DNA from: an uncultured virus (IMG/VR IMGVR_UViG_3300028591_000107)
Taxonomy: Duplodnaviria; Heunggongvirae; Uroviricota; Caudoviricetes
Length of the DNA stretch: 64,000 nt
Direction: 5' to 3' (one strand)
IMG/VR virus record: IMGVR_UViG_3300028591_000107
Part shown: positions 9,250-14,645 of the stretch, piece after piece
How positions within the stretch are numbered: position 1 is the stretch's first letter
Layout of the letters: each line of letters begins with the position of its first letter
Position numbers and translations under genes: made by a program
The notes under the pieces: model-generated
The model's input: the letters and a program-made list of their open reading frames with translations, nothing else
Databases searched by the model: none
What the model was told of the DNA's origin: nothing

Positions 9250-9380
9250 TAGCGCGGGTTGGACTCGAACCAACATAAGATTGTTTGACATACAATTGTG
9301 TAAACCGAAGTAACTCTTATCTACAGCATTCATTAAGAAGCAACAACGAAAAAAGTATTAAAATATTTCACCACCGCGCT
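9250..9380 (-). ncRNA. tRNA-like/Y-RNA-like hybrid
   Basis: AGCGCGG/CCGCGCT acceptor, T arm, motif TGCTGTAGATAAGAGTTACTTC. Confidence 0.65.
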
Positions 9381-9457
9381 GGTAGGGATAACGGGATTCG
9401 AACCCGTATCTTTGCCTTGAGGGGGCAACCACCTGAACCTATTAGTATGATATCCCC
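9380..9457 (-). tRNA. tRNA-Glu(CTC), C33, encoded CCA
   Basis: TTGCC-CCCTCAA-GGCAA. Confidence 0.85.
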
Positions 9458-9470
9458 ATATAAATTTATG

Positions 9471-9542
9471 AGCGGGATAACGGAATCGAACCGTCATATC
9501 CAGCTTGGAAGGCTGGCATAATAACCATTATACTAATCCCGC
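9471..9542 (-). tRNA. tRNA-Gly(TCC)
   Basis: CCAGC-CTTCCAA-GCTGG. Confidence 0.95.
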
Positions 9543-9654
9543 GGATGGAGGTACCTTTATCACTATCAGAATCCCTATTGTTTTACTTCATGACTATTAG
9601 TTTATCACAAGCTTTATTGATACTTAATAACCATTGCAAGTGAACCTCCATATG

Positions 9655-9731
9655 TACCGCCGGTCAGAATCGAACTGACATGAAACCAATTAACCTTTCA
9701 ACGCCTTATGAGAGCGAGGGTATACGGCGGC
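9655..9731 (-). ncRNA. D-armless tRNA-like RNA, CAT anticodon, long variable arm
   Basis: GCCGCCG acceptor, TATACCCT linker, CGCT-CTCATAA-GGCG, variable arm with AATTGG loop, T arm. Confidence 0.65.
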
Positions 9732-9739
9732 ATAATAAG

Positions 9740-9813
9740 TTGGGATGATAGGACTTGAACCTACGACCTCCATCTTATCAGGATGGCATTCTAACCAACT
9801 GAAATACATCCCA
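9740..9813 (-). tRNA. tRNA-Ile(GAT)
   Basis: CCATC-CTGATAA-GATGG. Confidence 0.95.
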
Positions 9814-9819
9814 ATATAT

Positions 9820-9943
9820 AAAATATGTTAACCAATTACACCAATGCCAGATTTTACACTTTCAGATTAATATTCTAGAACTATTAACCATCAATCATAT
9901 AGATTTCGATACTGGCATACAGGGCTCGAACCTATATCATTTT
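9820..9943 (-). ncRNA. Circularly permuted tRNA-like element with a large insert at the acceptor end
   Basis: Order T arm, ATGCCAG, insert, CTGGCAT, D arm. Confidence 0.6.
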
Positions 9944-9946
9944 AAG

Positions 9947-10021
9947 TTGGGGAACCGAGACTCGAACTCGGAACTTCAGCTTCAAAGGCTGACGTGTTAA
10001 CCAATTACACAGCATTCCCCA
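9947..10021 (-). tRNA. tRNA-Gln(TTG)
   Basis: TCAGC-CTTTGAA-GCTGA. Confidence 0.85.
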
Positions 10022-10067
10022 ATAAAATGGTGATTCATCACATTACGGTTACAACCACCAAAAAACC

Positions 10068-10160
10068 GAAATCATGTAACTATCGGTAAAAGTATTTTGT
10101 CTTATGGATCTGAGTGAAAATCGGATTTGAAGTAACTCTTACCTTTCAACAAGAGGATTC
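10068..10160 (-). ncRNA. Y-RNA-like stem RNA
   Basis: TGTTGAAAGGTAAGAGTTACTTC paired with ACTTTTACCGATAGTTACA. Confidence 0.6.
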
Positions 10161-10161
10161 G

Positions 10162-10235
10162 TAGGGAGGCCCAGATTCGAACTGGGATTGGAAACGTATC
10201 AGATTTCTAGCCTCAACCATTTAGCTGATCTCCCC
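10162..10235 (-). tRNA. tRNA with GAT anticodon (Ile), atypical body
   Basis: GAAAT-CTGATAC-GTTTC. Confidence 0.7.
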
Positions 10236-10453
10236 ATATTGGTGTTTAAGGATAACACCAAAACCCATTTTAGTGTTTTAATCAACTAAAGTTCTGTTCC
10301 ATCTCGCTCAATGTATTTAAGCTAAAGCCTGTGGAAGGTCTTTCTTAATGCGCACTCGATTATGTCACCTTCAGCAAGTGTTATGTGATTTATTTCCGGA
10401 TTGACCCATAACGCTAATGCCAACTTTACCCATCTATCTGGGATGCGAACTTG

Positions 10454-10529
10454 TAGGGATAATGGGAATCGAACCCGTATTTCCACCTTGAAAGGGTGAC
10501 TACCTGAACCAGTTAGTAATGATATCCCC
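10454..10529 (-). tRNA. tRNA-Glu(TTC)
   Basis: TCACC-CTTTCAA-GGTGG; body similar to 9380-9457. Confidence 0.9.
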
Positions 10530-10537
10530 ATAAAATT

Positions 10538-10614
10538 ATTCCTGTAACAATCGAATAAAGTATATTAAATAAAACCAAAAATTATTGAAGTAACTCTATT
10601 CTACAACAAGGAAT
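10538..10614 (-). ncRNA. Y-RNA-like stem RNA
   Basis: TGTTGTAGAATAGAGTTACTTC paired with ACTTTATTCGATTGTTACA. Confidence 0.6.
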
Positions 10615-11547
10615 TTATTTTTTATAATATTCAAGAAATTTATTTATTTTTTCTTGCATTAATTTCTTTCCATTTTCTGAATTAATTTCATTCCATGGTA
10701 TTCTATAAACTTCTATTCCTTTAGATTTTATATATTTATCTCTAATTTTGTCTGATTCTTTTCGATCTTCATATAAATGTTGTTTACCATCTATTTCTAG
10801 ATCAATTTTTCTATTATTTATTTCAATATAAAAATCCAAAAAATATCTTTCACCATTATGTAAATCCCCATATTCTAATAAATATTCTCTAATATAAGGA
10901 ATTGAATTATTATCTAAAACTTGTTTCCAAAATTTTTCAGCATAACTTATAATATTTCTAGATTTCCATCCTTGAAATGTTCCATTTTGGATTTCCTTTT
11001 GTCTTAATAATGACATTTGTTTAGATATTGATTTTTGTCTACATTCATCAGAACAATATTTTTGAAATTTATTACTTTCAAATTCTTTATTACAATATTT
11101 ACATATACATTTTCGAACACCATAAATATATTTTCCATATTGATTAGCTAATTTATATTTATGTTGTTTAATACCTTCAACAAATGTATTAGATATTTTT
11201 TGTTTTGTTTCTTCGGATCTTAAACCTTTTTTCTTATTTCCTAATGCTGAACCACAAGATTGATTACAACATTTTGCAAATCTTTTTTCAAATGGTAATT
11301 TCTTTCCACAATATTCACAATATTTAGGATTTAAATCATAATCTCTTTTTTGAATTTCTAACCAATGATTAGATAAATTCTTTTTAGAAATTTGTTCTTT
11401 AGAATCAATTCCTATTTGTGAAAAATATAAAAGAATATCTTTATCTATAAATCCTCCATTTTGATTAGTACGAATATTTAACTTTTTACAAATTTCTGAT
11501 TTTGACTTAGAATAATCATAAATATTTTGAATTTCCTCTTTAGTCAT
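10615..11547 (-). CDS. Putative free-standing homing endonuclease (DUF559/Vsr-like C-terminus, Zn fingers, NUMOD3-like repeat)
   Basis: CxxC motifs, RSEETKQKIS, YFLDF...LEIDGKQH...D..RD...VYRIPW. Confidence 0.8.
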   Translation of the reverse strand: MTKEEIQNIYDYSKSKSEICKKLNIRTNQNGGFIDKDILLYFSQIGIDSKEQISKKNLSNHWLEIQKRDYDLNPKYCEYCGKKLPFEKRFAKCCNQSCGSALGNKKKGLRSEETKQKISNTFVEGIKQHKYKLANQYGKYIYGVRKCICKYCNKEFESNKFQKYCSDECRQKSISKQMSLLRQKEIQNGTFQGWKSRNIISYAEKFWKQVLDNNSIPYIREYLLEYGDLHNGERYFLDFYIEINNRKIDLEIDGKQHLYEDRKESDKIRDKYIKSKGIEVYRIPWNEINSENGKKLMQEKINKFLEYYKK

Positions 11548-11622
11548 TTTAATTATTATATATTTAATTAAAAATAGTAAAAATTTGTCAAAAAATTCAA
11601 ATTCGAACTAACAATTTTATAG

Positions 11623-11695
11623 TCGGGAATGTTGGATTTGAACCACTCCTCATCACCCCAAATGACGTATGCTACCTGTTTACACTACATTCCCG
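11623..11695 (-). tRNA. tRNA-Pro(TGG) with 8-bp acceptor and 4-bp T stem
   Basis: CGGGAATG/CATTCCCG; loop TTTGGGG. Confidence 0.75.
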
Positions 11696-11702
11696 ATTAT
11701 TG

Positions 11703-11775
11703 TATGGGTAGCCGGACTCGAACCGACAACAGCGTGCTTCCAATGCACGTCGTCTACCTATTGACGTATGCCCAT
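11703..11775 (-). tRNA. Atypical tRNA with TGG anticodon (Pro?)
   Basis: CGTGC-ATTGGAA-GCACG; A1-U72, A32, A37. Confidence 0.6.
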
Positions 11776-11786
11776 ATATTATATTG

Positions 11787-11859
11787 TGGAGCGGGTGTGA
11801 ATCGAACACACATTGCCGGATTTTCAGTCCGGTGCATTGACCAACTCTGCCACCGCTCC
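11787..11859 (-). tRNA. tRNA-Phe(GAA)
   Basis: CCGGA-CTGAAAA-TCCGG. Confidence 0.9.
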
Positions 11860-12013
11860 AAATATACCTTGAACATCCCATGTATCTGAACTCTGGTATC
11901 ACCTATTCTCTCACCGTGGCCTTAGGGTCTTGATTTCGGAGTTTTGAAAGGTTCTCAAGTTTTTGTTACTCATAAGAGCAGTCCGGACACCTTCCCAAAC
12001 GAGGACATGCATG

Positions 12014-12086
12014 TGGACCGGAGTGGATTCGAACCACTGACACCCAGATCTTCAATCTGGTGCTCTACCAACTGAGCTACCGGTCA
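12014..12086 (-). tRNA. tRNA-Phe(GAA)
   Basis: CCAGA-TTGAAGA-TCTGG. Confidence 0.9.
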
Positions 12087-12157
12087 ATTTGTGAGTCTTA
12101 CCTCACAGTAGTTAAATCTTTTTATCATTATATGAAGACCTAACAGAAACACTTGCG

Positions 12158-12229
12158 AGGGCCCATGCGGAGTCGAACCGCACTACCAGGTTTTGCAGAC
12201 CCGTACATAAACCGCCCTGACCTAGACCC
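12158..12229 (-). tRNA. tRNA-Cys(GCA)
   Basis: CGGGT-CTGCAAA-ACCTG, U73. Confidence 0.9.
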
Positions 12230-12362
12230 ATTATTATAGATATATGATAATGATATTGTTACCATACGCTGGCAGGATTCGAACCAAACCAGCTCGCGGA
12301 CTCGATCCACTCTTCACATTACCAAGGAAACCATTCCTTATGGGATATATCTATTATAAGTT

Positions 12363-12510
12363 AATTTACGGAATAATCGAATAAAGCTTAATATTAGCCG
12401 TGTTTACCAATTTCACCACCATGGTACATAATGACCATGGGCCGGATTCGAACCGACAAGGATAACATCCAGCCATTTCTTGAAGTATCTCTATTCTTCA
12501 CCAGCAAATT
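12363..12510 (-). ncRNA. YrlA-like Y RNA (terminal stem plus permuted tRNA module)
   Basis: 5' stem strand, T arm GTCGG-TTCGAAT-CCGGC, acceptor-like hairpin CCATGGT/ACCATGG, D arm, 3' stem strand. Confidence 0.75.
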
Positions 12511-12512
12511 TG

Positions 12513-12603
12513 CGGAGATGGCCGGATTCGAACCGACACACCGTTTTACCGATTACTACCTGTTTTCAAGACAGGGCCCTTGCGCAATTAGGGTTACATC
12601 TCC
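12513..12603 (-). tRNA. tRNA-Ser(TGA)
   Basis: CCTGT-CTTGAAA-ACAGG, long variable arm, G73. Confidence 0.9.
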
Positions 12604-12613
12604 AATTATGTAT

Positions 12614-13351
12614 TTAAATATTATCATATAAAATTTCCCAAAATTTGTCTCCATATTTAGATGTAACATAATCAAGATAATATTTTACATCTTTATAATA
12701 TAAAACTTTTATATCTGGATTTTGTAATTCTTTTTGTTTCCACTGTTTACTTGAATATCCTTTAATTTCAATTATACCATCATCTGTTATAAAATCAGGT
12801 ATGGATATATGTTCTTCATTATTAAAAATATATTTTCTATGTTCTTTACATCGTGATATATTTAAACCATGTTCTTTATAATAACATACAAATGCTAATT
12901 CCCAAGAACTATCACAAAATATATTTTTATACCAACCTTGTTTACCTATACCAGAACCTTTACGATATCCTCCGACTAATGGATTTTTTTTCATTGTTTC
13001 GGATATTTTTTTTCTACGTTCATCTTCCTTTTCAGAAGTGGATGCAATACCTTTTGCTTTACCTTTTAATGAATTTGATATTTTTTCTTTATATTCATTA
13101 TCTAAACCAAGTTTCCATCCATCTTTAATATAATTATCTAAATCATCTCTTAAAATAAATTTTCGTTTACCATCTTTATGAATAAAAGTTCGATTTAAAG
13201 ACCATGTATTAGGATGACCTTTATAATTTATTTTAATCTTTTGTGGATTTTCTTTACATCTACATTCATGTTGTTTTAAAGAATTTAATGACATATATTC
13301 TTTTCCACAATATTTACAATAACACTGCTGTTTTTTATTAAAATTATTCAT
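12614..13351 (-). CDS. Putative PD-(D/E)xK homing endonuclease with Zn finger and NUMOD3-like repeats
   Basis: CKYCGK, RRKKISETMK, DSSWEL, PDF...IIEIKG. Confidence 0.8.
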   Translation of the reverse strand: MNNFNKKQQCYCKYCGKEYMSLNSLKQHECRCKENPQKIKINYKGHPNTWSLNRTFIHKDGKRKFILRDDLDNYIKDGWKLGLDNEYKEKISNSLKGKAKGIASTSEKEDERRKKISETMKKNPLVGGYRKGSGIGKQGWYKNIFCDSSWELAFVCYYKEHGLNISRCKEHRKYIFNNEEHISIPDFITDDGIIEIKGYSSKQWKQKELQNPDIKVLYYKDVKYYLDYVTSKYGDKFWEILYDNI

Positions 13352-13425
13352 ATATTATAATATAGTACTTTATAATTAATAATAATAATTTTTAATAAAA
13401 TCAAGACAAGCACTATTACCATTTG

Positions 13426-13512
13426 CGGAGAGATAGGGACTCGAACCCTAAAACCGTTATTAGCGATCTGCCAATTTTCAAGATTGGTTCCTCATCCAGC
13501 CGGATCCTCTCC
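13426..13512 (-). tRNA. tRNA-Ser(TGA)
   Basis: CCAAT-CTTGAAA-ATTGG, long variable arm. Confidence 0.85.
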
Positions 13513-13516
13513 GAAT

Positions 13517-13630
13517 AGATTCCGTAGGATTACAATCGTCCACTCTGCCACCGCTCAAAGAACGAAGGGGATTCGAACCCCTGGCCTTCCTAAAGATTTC
13601 TCTTTCAAGAAATAGGCATCCATAGAATCT
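13517..13630 (-). ncRNA. Circularly permuted tRNA-elbow RNA
   Basis: Closing stem AGATTC/GAATCT; T arm AGGGG-TTCGAAT-CCCCT, hairpin TCGTTC-TTT-GAGCGG, D arm. Confidence 0.7.
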
Positions 13631-13933
13631 TTATTTAAAAAATGTAGGCGGGCTTCTCACCACTTAGTTGCGTCTCATCCATTACTGGAGCGTCCTTCTT
13701 GTTTCTATATTTCACAATATAGATTTTCTAGACGACTACAAATTATGTCTCATTCTACAGTGATTGTGTTCTGTCTTTACACCCACGTTCATACTTGATA
13801 AATCGACAAATTTTATCTTTCTTACTTGCGACCGGAGTTTGGTTACTCCGCGGTAATCTTACTCACAACTTAATGTCGAGCAGTGATCCTTAATTCCCGC
13901 TTTGGAAAACTTCCTCAATTTGTAGAGAAATAT

Positions 13934-14008
13934 ATTTGTTGTATCAATCCCGAAGGTTTGAAATAACAAAATTTTTTAATATTTGTTGTATCAATATGTC
14001 AAAGAACT
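13934..14008 (-). repeat. Operon leader element: boxA-like plus UUCG hairpin, copy 2
   Basis: Near-identical to 341-418. Confidence 0.8.
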
Positions 14009-14033
14009 ATCAATTTTAGAAATTGAGAAAAAT

Positions 14034-14109
14034 ACTCTAATGTTCTACCATTAAACTATCATGCAGTTATTCACCACACTTGAAGGGGTTGAACCTTCAT
14101 TTTTAGAGC
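14034..14109 (-). ncRNA. Minimal circularly permuted tRNA-like RNA
   Basis: GCTCTAA/TTAGAGT terminal stem enclosing T arm, acceptor-like hairpin and D arm. Confidence 0.65.
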
Positions 14110-14113
14110 TTCG

Positions 14114-14187
14114 TACTCGGTACGGGACTCGAACCCGTGATCTCCAGAATGAAAATCTGACGTCCTAACCAACTAGACGAACCGAGC
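14114..14187 (-). tRNA. tRNA-Glu(TTC), first gene of the large operon
   Basis: TCAGA-TTTTCAT-TCTGG. Confidence 0.95.
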
Positions 14188-14195
14188 ATTTAATA

Positions 14196-14262
14196 TTTTA
14201 AAGAACACTTTTATTTTATGTTTTACATATATTATATAGAAATCAATTTATAAAAATTCAAA
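14196..14262 (-). promoter_or_regulatory. Promoter-like motif plus boxA-like GTTCTTTAAAA
   Basis: Same layout as 1286-1349. Confidence 0.7.
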
Positions 14263-14282
14263 CTTTTTTTAAATTTTTTCAT

Positions 14283-14320
14283 AAAAAAATCTCCAAAACT
14301 TTTGTAAGCTCTGGAGATTT
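14283..14320 (-). terminator. Intrinsic terminator of attenuator 2
   Basis: AAATCTCCAGAGCTT-ACAA-AAGTTTTGGAGATTT then U-tract; 5' arm complementary to 14356-14364. Confidence 0.85.
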
Positions 14321-14343
14321 ACATATATGATTATACTATATAA

Positions 14344-14466
14344 TTACACTTCCATATCTCCAGAATATTCGCACATAGGTTCTTGAAAAAGACCGAACAA
14401 GCCACAAGGTTCTCCTGAAAAAGAAGAACTACCAAGAATAATAATATGTGAGCTAAATTGTGTCAT
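14344..14466 (-). CDS. Putative attenuator leader peptide, 40 aa MTQFSSHIIILGSSSFSGEPCGLFGLFQEPMCEYSGDMEV
   Basis: ATG..TAA read manually; composition mirrors the downstream tRNA set. Confidence 0.8.
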   Translation of the reverse strand: MTQFSSHIIILGSSSFSGEPCGLFGLFQEPMCEYSGDMEV

Positions 14467-14645
14467 TTTTTCTGAAGTTTTATTGTTTATTTAATTTATA
14501 ATAGTATTTTTTTCTAAAAAAGTTTAATTTTTTATTAATTTTTTTATAAAATATTTTAATGATATATCTTATATATAGATAATAAGATGTTATTTTTAAA
14601 TAATATAATTATTATATAGTAACTAAATATATAAATTTCAAATAA

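Noticed and set aside
8935..12508. CRISPR array from the recurring GAAGTAACTCT motif
   Set aside because: Copies are degenerate, irregularly spaced and embedded in paired structures; no cas operon is present.
6819..12631. Short ORFs in the track overlapping tRNAs (6819, 8184, 9285, 10322, 11629, 11672, 12431)
   Set aside because: Shadow frames across GC-richer RNA genes.
13770..13928. RNase P RNA or tmRNA
   Set aside because: Only vague GAGGAAG and ACAGAA similarity; no P4 pseudoknot complement and no tmRNA-type ends or tag frame recognisable.
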